DNA of 64,000 nt, taken from assembly GCA_965223265.1 (NCBI GenBank), contig OZ244999.1, positions 4,384,001 to 4,448,000 of the forward strand, written 5' to 3'. Below the pieces are notes generated by a model. The model saw nothing but the letters and a program-made list of their open reading frames with translations. It searched no databases and had not been told where the DNA came from. This document shows positions 10,501 through 20,187 of the stretch, in pieces. Numbering within the stretch: the first letter of the stretch is position 1; every line of letters begins with the position of its first letter. The stretch comes from Planctomycetota bacterium. Its GTDB lineage: Bacteria > Planctomycetota > UBA8108 > SXIK01. Both the position numbers and the translations under genes were made by a program.

Positions 10501-11384
10501 TGCTCATTCGCGGCACGCAAGGTCGCGGCAACGAAGACCTGACGTTGCCTCTCGTCAACCACTTCAATCACTGCATCACGCACGTCCCGGCCGCGGACGG
10601 CCGTCCAGAGCTTTATCTGGACGGAACCGCGGCGCACCACCGGCTCGAGGAACTTCCATCGATGGATCGCGGTGCCAAAGTCTTCGTCGTCACCCCGGAC
10701 GGCGGTGAGATCAAACAGGTTGCGTGGAACACGCCGGGCGACATCGCTCTGGTCGAATCGACAACGGTCGCGATCGCCGACGATCTCAGCTCGCTCGTGG
10801 ACGTGCGCATCGAGGCGAGTGGTGACTACTCTGTCTACGTCCGCCAAGCTTTTGAACGTGATGCCCAGCGGACGCGTGAGCTCGAGAGAATCTTCTCGCG
10901 CCGGTTCGTCTCGCCGACGGTTGAGACACATAATTTCTCGCGGCTCGACGACCTCAACCTACCGGTCCACTTCGATGCACGGCTGCGCATCCCAACGTAC
11001 GTCGTCGAAACGCCGGAGGGGTGGGCCCTGCCGCCGGCGCGCGATTTCTTTTCCACTAGCGAGCAATTGACGGCGCTCGGCGCCCTCGAAGAACGGCGCT
11101 TTGACGTACTCCTCGGGAATCCACGTCGCTCACTCCTGCGCACCGTCTATTCACTGCCAGATCGCTTTACGGTGAAGTCGCTGCCTGAGTCGACGGAGCA
11201 GGTGACAGAATTCGCCCGTCTCAAAGTCTCGTATTCGTCTCCACAGCCTGACGAAATTGTTCTCGAGCGTGTGATCGAAATCCTGCAGCCGCGCGTGAAA
11301 CTCGACTCGTACGCGAAGTTCCGGCAGTTCACGGCGACGCTGCAGCGACTACAGGAGGAACGAGTGCTTCTCGACCGATCGTAG
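7596..11384 (+). CDS. secreted TPR + DUF3857 + transglutaminase-like protein (catalytic residues intact)
   Basis: Signal peptide; IGPF beta domain; TPR helices; VRY..EFG..G.KP, GDCKDK (Cys at 10437), FNHCI, YLDGT. Confidence 0.9.
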   Translation: MHARNLLALALVAMLPCDAIGQAQPSAAAAGFLRAEARLAQGDSKEAIDAYRQALAAAALAAAPDALLIAEIELAIHRLFELGLIYGDARDDLAALRVWSETSAEPRLAALAKRRLAITLARLGRPIEDVRSVLAPLLYLERYRVIGPFDNERGGGFKTPYTPEEEIDLAASYSGKTRSVAWRELPVTPVVGAIELSALFDPDSEAVVYALTYVHSERAQPAALQLGTKDAYRAWVNGHEVASKDVRRPFRHSQDSIGIWLEEGWNRVLFKLAHGKGRWVFAARLSRPDGSPLLGVHEGFPQVDETAVATPSQERETPLVTKNALEALTTLASNDTKNGRAAYLLGTLLRLRRAHDDGEHPDTEWLKRAVQIDPKSAMFHLELAASYRREATIAAQRDENDWRRATEAAADLGAALAAYRLAEYYERQFGNHERALHYLDMAESSNLHYEEAALLRGSIDAARRFPRAAERTNAKLRKLPALSVASRLRLAQSDVARGRLAAAIESTAAIVDADQLQLNAVSRLAKWLLASAQLEAAVEVEKRSLALRPFDIEGLRRIASAFIGRDRHSEALDTIEAALRIRPTDHKLHETKGLILRRLGARDAALASFDEALRLQPNLPRVREYVEFLRNRPDEFASRFRRDTSALIAAAREAARSGSLPAEDVGPARILLELNAVDINIDGTAKEFAHVVTQVLNDQGIRLYDQFSAGYAGGEESLEFKKATVHHADGSVSEARLRRFGGDGGRSDGGYRRGSVDLPPVARGDVIEVEFVREDLKQSFFGDYFGRREVFQRQVDISEKTFILELPSSRSVTFHKRNFTVEPEFEAGERDDVQTYRWTLRDVEKLDAEPGQPPTTEVSPVLEISTFADWHAFGSWYWNLIRKQFESSPEIRRQVRELTSGLDDDLDKVRAIYNYVTTEVRYNAWEFGVHGFKPYNAATIFARKFGDCKDKSTLISVMLNEIGIDSHPVLIRGTQGRGNEDLTLPLVNHFNHCITHVPAADGRPELYLDGTAAHHRLEELPSMDRGAKVFVVTPDGGEIKQVAWNTPGDIALVESTTVAIADDLSSLVDVRIEASGDYSVYVRQAFERDAQRTRELERIFSRRFVSPTVETHNFSRLDDLNLPVHFDARLRIPTYVVETPEGWALPPARDFFSTSEQLTALGALEERRFDVLLGNPRRSLLRTVYSLPDRFTVKSLPESTEQVTEFARLKVSYSSPQPDEIVLERVIEILQPRVKLDSYAKFRQFTATLQRLQEERVLLDRS

Positions 11385-11479
11385 TTTCCAGTCTGAACAC
11401 CTCGGGGCGCTGCCATTGAGTGCAGGTTGTGATGAGAGATCTCGATAAACAAGAAGATCCCAACCGAGAGTAGGAGCAC

Positions 11480-14400
11480 ATGAAAATAGGACGCAACTGG
11501 AAGCCAAGTGACGCCACGTCGCATCGACGGTGGATCAGCGTCGCTCGCGTTTCCTATTTCCCGCGCTCCGCGACGGTCACGATGGGCGTCGCCACGCTGC
11601 TGGGTGCGCTTCTCGGCTCACGTGGCATGGCACAGCCAGCTGCGGCGACGCAACCGCAAACGGCTCGCCGCTCGGCCCCAGACGCATCACACGGCAGAAA
11701 CGGCCTGCGTCACGATCTCGATCGCGAAAGCATTGAACTCGCCGTACGCAGCGAAGAGGAGCGACGCGGCGACTATGATGCCTTGTCGGAACAGTGGCTG
11801 CAGCGCCTCAGTCAAACGAATGACGTCTCCGCTGAGCTCATCGCTATGCGGCTCAGCGAGGTGCATCGCTTCCTCCGTGAGCCAACCGCAACGCTCACGA
11901 GTGCAGAAAAGGCTCTCGGCAACGATCGCCTGGACGGCTGGACACGCCACGCACTCGAAAACTACGCCATCCGTCTCTACGAAAGAGCCGGCGCATTCGA
12001 TCGCGCCGCATCTCTAGCAGCAGGCCAAGGCTTTCTGCGACACTGGCAGCTGATCGGGCCTTTCGCGAAGGGCCGATCGATCCTCCTTGACGAACCGTTC
12101 CCCCCTGAAAGCATCTTCGACCCCGGAGCCACCTACGACGCCGGTTGGCAAAAGCTCACGTGGCGTTCGTTGACACTGCCTGCGCAAGCGCCGACGGTGC
12201 GCCCAGCAGCACGCAGTTTTCCGTCGAACGGCGTCTTCTACGCGGCGACCCACGTGCGCGCCGCGCAAGCGGTGGAAGTGATCGTCGTACGCACATCGGC
12301 ACTCGATTTACGTCTTTGGATCGATGGCGAGCTCATAGCTGACGACAACGTCAATGCCGCGTTTCTACCGCGCCGCCGGTTGACCAGGGTGACGCTTCAC
12401 CCAGGAACGCACCGCATCTTGGTGAAGGCCCTCGGTTCCTTCTCGGTACGACTGACCGACGGCGACGGCGCAGCGATCGACAATTCCCTGCTCGCAGCGG
12501 AGGAAGCAGGAGCGCCAGCGGGTACGGCCCTTGCCGGCCTCGCGACGGCACCGCAGCCCGTGTCCCTTCTGGGGCGCTGGCAGGCCGACAGCAAGACAGC
12601 GAGCGACGCACAACCGCCCGCAGACGAAGCAGCCGCGGCTACGGAAACCACGAGTGCCGGCGACGCGCAAATTGCGTTCGCCCTCGCGGCGCTGAAGGAG
12701 AGTCGCTACGACCTTGCCGTCGAAGCGGCTGACCTCGCGATCGCGGCTCAACCCGACGACCCGGCAACACTCTACCACGCCGCTAGCGTCTACCGTTACT
12801 CGCGCTACCTGCCCTCAACTGTTGCCAAAAACCGCGCCGAGTCCGCGTTCAAAAAGTGCCTCGAGGTCGATCCGCAGTTCATTCCCGCCTACGAACGTGT
12901 CGCGCGCTACCTCGAGCAGGACAAGAACTTCGGACCGGCAGCCGAGACGATGAAGTCGGGTCTTGCGCTGGCACCAAGTTTCCTCCGCGGCCTGCTGCGA
13001 CTCAAGACAACCTACGCACAGGCGAGCTGGCGAGAAGAAGAAATCGAAACCGTGCGGCAAATCGAGGCGGTGGCGCCCCACCACCCGTCGGCGCCTCTGT
13101 TTTGGGGAGCGTACTATCGCGAGCTGAACAACCTGCAGGCGGCGCAGCAGCACCTCGCTCGGGCGCTGGACATTCATCCGGCGCGAACGGCAACACTCTC
13201 GAGCCTAGCCTCGCTGGCGCGCAGCGCCGGCGACATCGACGCCGCCGAGGGATACCTACGTCGTCGCCTCGAGATTCGTCCCGCCAGCGTCGAGGCAGCT
13301 GAAGAACTCGCCACGTTTCTCGCACGTCAGGAGCGCTACGACGAGGCGCTCGAGGCAACGTCGACACTTGCTGAACTCGAGCCGCAAGAGCCGAAACATG
13401 CGCGACGACGCGGCATGCTTCTCGAAGCGCAGAATCGCATCGAAGAAGCACAGGACGCGTATCGCCATGCGCTGCGCCTCGAGCCAGGAGCCATCGAATT
13501 GGCACGCTACCTCGGTGAGACGCAACCCGCCGGAGACCGCTTTTGGGACGAAAAGGACGAGAATCTCGATGACTGGCTCCCCCGCATTCCAGAGTCGGGG
13601 CCACTGGTCGAAGAGGCGAACGCGCTCGCGATTCTCGACATCAGCATCACACGCCTCGAACGTGACGGTTCTTCGTCGGAGTACGTCCACCAAGCTTTCA
13701 AGGTCCTCAGTGAGGAAGCCAAAAAAGAGCTCGCCGAGATCGAGACGCCAGGAGAAGTCGTCCTCCTACGGACAATCGCCCCGGACGGTGAGATTCTCGA
13801 ACCAGTCCCGGCGCTGGGCAAATCCGCGTATGTCATGCCAGGAGTTGTCCCCGGCGCGATCGTTGAGTTCGCCTACCGCGTCGATCGTGCGCATCAGCAA
13901 GGCCGCCCGCTCGACATGCGTCGATTCTATTTTCAGGATCCGTCGATGCGTCAGGCGTTTCTCCTGAGTCGTTACGTGATTCAGATCGCGCCAGGAGTCG
14001 ACGTCAGCTTCGACGAGCGCCAACTCAGCAGCAAAGACGACGGTGAAGCACTGCTGGCGAATGTCTCAAAGGACGTCGCGGAAGCTGCGGACGGCTCGCG
14101 CGTCGTCACGTACGAGGCTGCCAACGTGCCGCGACTCCAGCCAGAACGCATGCAGCCCGCATCGAGCGAATTGATCCCAAACGTCGCGATCAAGTCAAAA
14201 CGCACATGGGGTCACGTCGCGGCCGCACTGACTCGGAGCAATGAGGGCAGCAGCCGCGCGACGAGTGAGCTAAGAGAGCTCGCTCGTGAACTCGTCGCGG
14301 ACCATAGCACTGCCACCGGTAAGGCCCGTGCGATTTACGACTACGTGCGCCAAGAAATCCCGGCGGCTCAAGGTGGGAACACCGCTGCCGCTGTGTTTTT

Positions 14401-15382
14401 CGAGCGCGCCGGGGATCGCGACGCTCTGCTGAAGGCTTTGTACGACCTCGCCGGCGTAGCGTGCGATTGGGCCTTCCTGCGGCAGAACGAGGCGACGATG
14501 GCAGCGACGAACTGGAGCTTGCCCAGCGAGAATTTCTTTCAACACCGCATGCTCGCAGTCGATCTCGACGATGGCGAGGGAACCCACTTCGTGTCTCTTC
14601 GGAGCAGCCGATCGTTGCCGTTTGGATTCGTGCCGCGCGGCTTTCATGGCGGCAAAGCTCTCGTCCTCACGCCCGGAGCGCAGCGGATCGTCGCGATTGC
14701 GGCGTCGAATCCGACATCGTCGTCGAACTCGACGCACGTGTTCGTGCAACTCACCGATGGAGTCGACGGCGATGTCACTCTGGAGATGAACCTGCGCGAT
14801 GCAGCCAACCGTGCTAACAAGGATCGACTCAAGCCAGCGCCGGCGTTCCAGAAGAAAGTCGTCCTGCAGCGGCTCGTCAGCGGCTTGTTTCCAGGCGCCC
14901 AGGTTGACTCCGCTTCATTCGAAGGTCTGGACGATATCGAAGCGCCCATGCAAATTCGAGCGCGTCTGACAGCCCCGAAGATACTGCGACCGGTCGACGA
15001 CAAATTCACTTTTCGCCCGTTTGTTCGTCCTTCTTCTTTGGTTCGAACATTCGGCGACAAAGGAGACCGGCGGCTGCCTTGCCACTTCCGCAGCTCCGGC
15101 GTCGTCGTTCGCGACGAAGTCCGCGTCAAGTTGTCACCCGTCTATCGCGTTGACCAGCTACCCCGTCACGTCGTCCTTCTGTCCGCGCTGGGCGACTACT
15201 CGCTGACTGTACGGCAGAGCGCGGACGAGATTCACCTGGAGCGCTCGATGAATCTCTCGCCAGGGAGGCTGGCGGCACACGAGTATGCCGAGTTTCTCGA
15301 ATTCTGCCGCCAAGTCGATTTGTCTGGCGCGGAGAACATCGTTTTGCGACAGCGAACACCGAACGCGGAGTCAGGCGACTAA
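11480..15382 (+). CDS. TPR + DUF3857 + transglutaminase-like paralog lacking the catalytic Cys
   Basis: Same architecture (LIGPF, TPRs, PG..VEF.Y, KARAIYDYVR) but GDRDALL in place of GDCKDK; true start may be ATG 11582. Confidence 0.85.
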   Translation: MKIGRNWKPSDATSHRRWISVARVSYFPRSATVTMGVATLLGALLGSRGMAQPAAATQPQTARRSAPDASHGRNGLRHDLDRESIELAVRSEEERRGDYDALSEQWLQRLSQTNDVSAELIAMRLSEVHRFLREPTATLTSAEKALGNDRLDGWTRHALENYAIRLYERAGAFDRAASLAAGQGFLRHWQLIGPFAKGRSILLDEPFPPESIFDPGATYDAGWQKLTWRSLTLPAQAPTVRPAARSFPSNGVFYAATHVRAAQAVEVIVVRTSALDLRLWIDGELIADDNVNAAFLPRRRLTRVTLHPGTHRILVKALGSFSVRLTDGDGAAIDNSLLAAEEAGAPAGTALAGLATAPQPVSLLGRWQADSKTASDAQPPADEAAAATETTSAGDAQIAFALAALKESRYDLAVEAADLAIAAQPDDPATLYHAASVYRYSRYLPSTVAKNRAESAFKKCLEVDPQFIPAYERVARYLEQDKNFGPAAETMKSGLALAPSFLRGLLRLKTTYAQASWREEEIETVRQIEAVAPHHPSAPLFWGAYYRELNNLQAAQQHLARALDIHPARTATLSSLASLARSAGDIDAAEGYLRRRLEIRPASVEAAEELATFLARQERYDEALEATSTLAELEPQEPKHARRRGMLLEAQNRIEEAQDAYRHALRLEPGAIELARYLGETQPAGDRFWDEKDENLDDWLPRIPESGPLVEEANALAILDISITRLERDGSSSEYVHQAFKVLSEEAKKELAEIETPGEVVLLRTIAPDGEILEPVPALGKSAYVMPGVVPGAIVEFAYRVDRAHQQGRPLDMRRFYFQDPSMRQAFLLSRYVIQIAPGVDVSFDERQLSSKDDGEALLANVSKDVAEAADGSRVVTYEAANVPRLQPERMQPASSELIPNVAIKSKRTWGHVAAALTRSNEGSSRATSELRELARELVADHSTATGKARAIYDYVRQEIPAAQGGNTAAAVFFERAGDRDALLKALYDLAGVACDWAFLRQNEATMAATNWSLPSENFFQHRMLAVDLDDGEGTHFVSLRSSRSLPFGFVPRGFHGGKALVLTPGAQRIVAIAASNPTSSSNSTHVFVQLTDGVDGDVTLEMNLRDAANRANKDRLKPAPAFQKKVVLQRLVSGLFPGAQVDSASFEGLDDIEAPMQIRARLTAPKILRPVDDKFTFRPFVRPSSLVRTFGDKGDRRLPCHFRSSGVVVRDEVRVKLSPVYRVDQLPRHVVLLSALGDYSLTVRQSADEIHLERSMNLSPGRLAAHEYAEFLEFCRQVDLSGAENIVLRQRTPNAESGD

Positions 15383-15466
15383 CGCCTCCGCCACAGTTGG
15401 TATGACGCAGCCGCAACCCAGCCGCACACGGAACGGACGGTCTGTGGCGTACTCGCGCGTCCTGAA

Positions 15467-15874
15467 TCACCCCTGAGGCCAGAGCACCGACACGGTGGTG
15501 TGGATGCCACCACGCGCACCGAATTGCCCAGTGACCGTCAGTTGACGCGGCTTCAAGAGCGCTGCGAGGTCGTCCCGAACGCGATTCACGACATGCTCAT
15601 GGAAGATACCGACGTCGCGAAACGCCACGAAGTAGAGCTTCAGCGACTTGAGCTCGATGCATAGCTTGTCCGGTACGTACTCGATCGACAATGTCGCAAA
15701 GTCGGGCAAACCCGTCTTCGGACAGACGCACGTGAATTCCGGCACTTCGATGCGGATCGTATAGTCTCGATCCGAGTATTGGTTTTCCCACGTATCGAGT
15801 GCGGGCAGGTCGAATCGCCTCACGTCGTTTTGCAGGGCGTCATATCCGCCGCCGGTCAAGTCGTCTCGGGACAA
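15467..15874 (-). CDS. queF: NADPH-dependent preQ0 (7-cyano-7-deazaguanine) reductase QueF, type I
   Basis: [34 protein letters not shown]; GGAGG RBS precedes TTG at 15874. Confidence 0.95.
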   Translation of the reverse strand: MSRDDLTGGGYDALQNDVRRFDLPALDTWENQYSDRDYTIRIEVPEFTCVCPKTGLPDFATLSIEYVPDKLCIELKSLKLYFVAFRDVGIFHEHVVNRVRDDLAALLKPRQLTVTGQFGARGGIHTTVSVLWPQG

Positions 15875-16121
15875 TGAGCACCTCCGTCGCTGCTCCGAAT
15901 GCACGGGCGTAGCCCCCTGAGCCTCGCTCCAGGCAGAGGCGCGCCGCAGCCTTCACACAATCTTCACGATCGCAACACCTGCGCCACCACTTGCGATCAT
16001 GGCAGTGATCATTTAGCCTCAGAGGTTTTGGTTCCACCTCTTTCTCGTAAGAACGATCCGACTTGAGATCACTGGCCCGTTCGTCGCCCGCCGGCTGGTC
16101 AAGGATCGCCTTACCAAAGCG

Positions 16122-16814
16122 GTGCGACGACTACTCTTGAAGACTGATCGAGCGGGGTGCACCACCTTGGAGCGCAGCGTTGATTTCCAACTCGTCCTCT
16201 GCGGCACGGACCCCGAAGTCATCGACGCATACCACTGGCAGTTCGATGATCGACCCGAGGCCCAAATTGCGCAGGAGGACGTTTTGGACGCGACCGCGGA
16301 CGCGTTCATTCTGCCGGGAAACTCCTTCGGCTTCCTCGACAGCGGGCTAGCGCTCCGCGTCTCCGAGCGCCACGGTCTCGAGATCCAGGACCGTCTCCGA
16401 GCGCGCATCCGGGATGAATTCGCCGGCGAACTCCTCGTCGGGCAAGCGCTGCTAGAAACCACCCCTTCCGGCCAACACCTGGTGTACGCCCCGATCTGGC
16501 GCACGCCGAGACCGATCCGCGACCAGGTCAACGTCTACCTCGCAGTCCGAGGGGCGTTTCAATTGCTCAGCCGCGAGTCGGGCGACGCGGGCGGTGTGGG
16601 AGCGATCCGCACCGTCGCAGTTCCCCCCATCGGGGTCGAGCCACCGGGCGAGGTCAAGCCAGCCGTCTCGGCACGTCAGATGCGCTACGGTTTCAACGTC
16701 GGCTGCGGACGGCGGAGCCCGGCAGCGAAGAATCTCACTCGGCTGGTCCGGCGGGAACGGAAACTCTTGAAGGTACCGCGCTCGCTCACCACGGACGAGG
16801 AAGACGAGAATTGA
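16122..16814 (+). CDS. macro domain (Appr-1-p processing) family protein
   Basis: DAFILPGNSFGFLDSG, GELLVGQA, LVYAPIWRTP, NVYLAVRG, SARQM resemble bacterial macro domains; start uncertain. Confidence 0.7.
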   Translation: MRRLLLKTDRAGCTTLERSVDFQLVLCGTDPEVIDAYHWQFDDRPEAQIAQEDVLDATADAFILPGNSFGFLDSGLALRVSERHGLEIQDRLRARIRDEFAGELLVGQALLETTPSGQHLVYAPIWRTPRPIRDQVNVYLAVRGAFQLLSRESGDAGGVGAIRTVAVPPIGVEPPGEVKPAVSARQMRYGFNVGCGRRSPAAKNLTRLVRRERKLLKVPRSLTTDEEDEN

Positions 16815-16923
16815 TTGATCGGTCCCGGTCTCGTCACCTCGCCGCGCGTAGCAGATCCAAGCTGACAAAGTCCCAGCGCGAAGCGTAGAATGTCGGCCAA
16901 CACGCTTCACAACGAGGAGAGCT

Positions 16924-19900
16924 ATGGATCAGCCGAAATTCGCGCTCGCCGGCCCAGTCGGACGAACCGATCGACAGCAGCTTCGTCCTGCGCAGCTCGA
17001 CGAGCCAGGATTCGATCGCGCGATCCACGCCAGGACTTCGTCCAGGCGCGCCTGGGTCTTGAGGGCGCTTGCTCTCGTTACAATCGCCGCAGTTCACGCC
17101 GCGGCACCATTGAGCGCACAGGACGTCAAGTTCCGCCGCGGCGACGCGAACACCGATGGTTTTCTGGATATTAGCGACGCACTTTCGACTTTCGGTTGGC
17201 TCTTCGCGTCGAGCTTGACCCCACTTTGTCTCGACGCAGTCGACGCCAACGACGACAGCGGCATCGACGTCAGCGACGGCATCTTCTCACTCAATTTCCT
17301 TTTCGCTTCCGGCGCTCCAATTCCGACGCCGGGCCACGAGACGTGCGGGTTCGACCCCTCACCCGACGAGCTCAACTGCATCGCATACGACACCGCAGAT
17401 TGTGAGCAAGAACTTGCCGACGTAGAACTGAGAGAGATCGGCCACCTGCTCAACCGCGTCGCCTACGGCCCCAGCCAGGCGGACATAGACTACGTCCGCT
17501 CCGTTGGTATTGCCGCGTACGTCGACGAGCAGCTTCAACCTCACACCATCGACGAAACCGACAATACCGCGCTGACATCTCGGATCGACCGAGCGTTCAC
17601 CACCGTCGTGCCGATGGAGGAGTCGACGCTCGTGTCGATGGGTTCCGTTTGGCGCTATCGCAAAGGAGACTCCGAACCGCCGGCCGAATGGAAGGACACC
17701 AACTTCGATGACACTTCCTGGGCGGTCGGCGCGGCGAGCATCGGCTACGGCGACGGAGACGATGGCGTTGTCCTGACCGACATGGAAGGAAACTACCTGT
17801 CGGTCTATTTGCGCACGAACTTCTCTGTCGACCCTGCGAGCATCGAGACGCTTGTCTTGCGGGTCAACTACGACGACGCATTCGTCGCTTATTTGAACGG
17901 TTCCGAGATAACACGCCGTGGAATCTCAACCACACCGCCACTACACAACCGCCCGGCCGATAGCTCTCACGAAGCAGACGGCGCGATCGACATTGACGTC
18001 ACGACTCGCAAGGACATGCTTGTCGCTGGCACGAACGTGCTTGCCGTACAGGTTCACAACCGCTCACTCACCAGCTCTGATGTGACGATCGATGTCGGCC
18101 TGTTCAACCAAGCGCCAACTGGCGCGGAGCCGGTGGAGATCGTCCGCGACGTCACGCGCCTTCAAGGCATTCTGCATTCGCGAGGCATCTACTCACGCCG
18201 CCAACTGCAAGCGGTACTCGGAGAGTTTTGGGAGAACCACTTCACCACGGACTACGACAAAGTCGTTGAGCACCTCGACGAGATGCAGAATTCCGACGCT
18301 ACGGACGCGATGGGGCTGACACAAGCGGAATCAGAAGCGGCCCAAATCGAATTCGCTGAGTACCAGTTTTTCTACGACAACGCCCTCGGTAACTTCGGCG
18401 ACCTGCTTCTCTTCAGTGCGACGACCCCTTCGATGTTGATCTACCTTGACAGCGTTCTCAACTTCAAGGCCGAGCCCAACGAGAACTACTCGCGTGAGAT
18501 CCTCGAGCTGTCGGCGTTCGGCGTCGACAATCGATACGTGCAGAGAGACGTCGAGGAGTTGGCACGCGTCTTCACAGGCTGGGGCATCTGCAAGGTGCCG
18601 CGCGAGAGCGTCAATGAGTTTCCAGCGAACGCTACGGACTCGCCCAGCGTATGCGGGCCGACATTCGACGATACTCGACTCGTGCCGCTCGGACCGGGGT
18701 GGAAGTACTTCAAGGGAGAGAGCGAACCGACACCAGACGTCGACGGCAACCCAACCCTCGCGTGGACTGAAGAGGGGTTCGAGGCGACAGGCTGGATCGA
18801 CGGAGCCTCAGGATTCGGCTACAGCGACGGGGACGACGCCACGGCCTTGAACGACATGCAAGGGAGCTACACGAGCGTCTACGTGCGACGAATCTTTCAG
18901 CTTCCGGAGCTGAGCGAGCTCGCGACGTTGATCCTGTCGATCGACTACGACGACGGATTTATCGCCTACATCAATGGGGTCGAGGTTGCGCGCAGTTCGT
19001 CGATGGTCGACGTCGGCTATCCCCCAGCGTTCAATGCCACGGCGCGGGAATCTCGGGAGGCGGAAGGCATTCCTGACATCTTCAACTTGAGTCGATTCAA
19101 CACGATCCTACACGCCGGCGACAACGTTCTGGCGATTCAAGTGCACAACAGTGACATCGATAGCAGCGACCTGTCACTGCTACCAGAGATCATCGACCGC
19201 AGGACGACCTCGGATGGGATCGAGAACGGTGACCCAAACGGCGTCTGGACGTTTCGTTTCGACGCCGACCAGCACGATACGGCTCAGAAAACAGTGTTCG
19301 CCAACACGCCCTACCAGATCGACTTGCCCGCTCGTACCGGTCCGACAGGTGTGCAGGATGGGATCGAGGTAATACAGGCGATCGTCGACCACCCGTCGAC
19401 GGCTGAGTTCATCTGTATCAAACTCATTCAACGCTTCGTCTCCGACCGTCTGACGCTGGCTAATTACAAAGACGGCACAGCGCCTCCTGAGCTCATCGAG
19501 CTGCTCGCCGCGGCGATCGGCGCCTGGAACTCGACCACGCCGAAAGGCAACATCGGTGCTGTCGTCAGAACGTTGATCGACGCTGAAACTCGTACGAACC
19601 TCTTCTGGCAACCTACGACCTATCGCGCCAAGGTCAAGACTCCGATCGAATTCGTGAACAGTTCGGTGCGTGTCATGGACGCCGACGTGCTGGAAAACAC
19701 GCTGACGGGAATCATCGACTCGATGGGCATGCATTTCTTTACCCGCGACGACCCGGATGGCTGGTCGGAACTAGGGTTCGATTGGATCGATACAGGATCG
19801 ATGGGAGCGCGTATTGACTTTGCCCAAACTCTGGCCAGCAGTCGCAATGTCAACTATCGCTGGTCGATCTCCCCGTACCTCGAAGCCAGGGGAATCTCGA

Positions 19901-20109
19901 CGAGCTCGGAAATTGTCGGCTACTTCAATGACCTACTCTACGGCGGCACGCTGCAGCCAGAGAACCTGGCAATTCTGCTGGAATTCCTCGACACCGACGA
20001 CGCGTACAACGTTGTCAGTCTGCAGCCAAGCGACGTGCGTGCGTACGAACTGCGAGTTGCGGATTTCGTGGCTCTGCTTCTCAGCTTGCCGCAATGGAAC
20101 TTTCAGTAA
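16924..20109 (+). CDS. DUF1800 family protein with N-terminal dockerin-like domain and two inserted beta-sandwich domains
   Basis: FRRGDAN..D.NDD dockerin-like repeat pair; HLLNRVAYGP, FWENHF, YLD, PNENYSREILEL, FTGW, HPSTAEFI, KVKTP DUF1800 motifs; two W.Y..G..P..W....F....W..G..GY.D inserts. Confidence 0.85.
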   Translation: MDQPKFALAGPVGRTDRQQLRPAQLDEPGFDRAIHARTSSRRAWVLRALALVTIAAVHAAAPLSAQDVKFRRGDANTDGFLDISDALSTFGWLFASSLTPLCLDAVDANDDSGIDVSDGIFSLNFLFASGAPIPTPGHETCGFDPSPDELNCIAYDTADCEQELADVELREIGHLLNRVAYGPSQADIDYVRSVGIAAYVDEQLQPHTIDETDNTALTSRIDRAFTTVVPMEESTLVSMGSVWRYRKGDSEPPAEWKDTNFDDTSWAVGAASIGYGDGDDGVVLTDMEGNYLSVYLRTNFSVDPASIETLVLRVNYDDAFVAYLNGSEITRRGISTTPPLHNRPADSSHEADGAIDIDVTTRKDMLVAGTNVLAVQVHNRSLTSSDVTIDVGLFNQAPTGAEPVEIVRDVTRLQGILHSRGIYSRRQLQAVLGEFWENHFTTDYDKVVEHLDEMQNSDATDAMGLTQAESEAAQIEFAEYQFFYDNALGNFGDLLLFSATTPSMLIYLDSVLNFKAEPNENYSREILELSAFGVDNRYVQRDVEELARVFTGWGICKVPRESVNEFPANATDSPSVCGPTFDDTRLVPLGPGWKYFKGESEPTPDVDGNPTLAWTEEGFEATGWIDGASGFGYSDGDDATALNDMQGSYTSVYVRRIFQLPELSELATLILSIDYDDGFIAYINGVEVARSSSMVDVGYPPAFNATARESREAEGIPDIFNLSRFNTILHAGDNVLAIQVHNSDIDSSDLSLLPEIIDRRTTSDGIENGDPNGVWTFRFDADQHDTAQKTVFANTPYQIDLPARTGPTGVQDGIEVIQAIVDHPSTAEFICIKLIQRFVSDRLTLANYKDGTAPPELIELLAAAIGAWNSTTPKGNIGAVVRTLIDAETRTNLFWQPTTYRAKVKTPIEFVNSSVRVMDADVLENTLTGIIDSMGMHFFTRDDPDGWSELGFDWIDTGSMGARIDFAQTLASSRNVNYRWSISPYLEARGISTSSEIVGYFNDLLYGGTLQPENLAILLEFLDTDDAYNVVSLQPSDVRAYELRVADFVALLLSLPQWNFQ

Positions 20110-20187
20110 GCCGGCGAAACGAATGACGAATTCTTCTCGGACGGCTTTCACGCGCCGTCGGGATGCTGACCGCACGGAGACATAGAG

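Noticed and set aside
16021-16041. AGAGG-N11-CCTCT hairpin near queF resembling preQ1-I riboswitch P1
   Set aside because: The better-looking orientation is opposite to queF, the loop lacks the consensus, and the required A-rich 3' tail is absent
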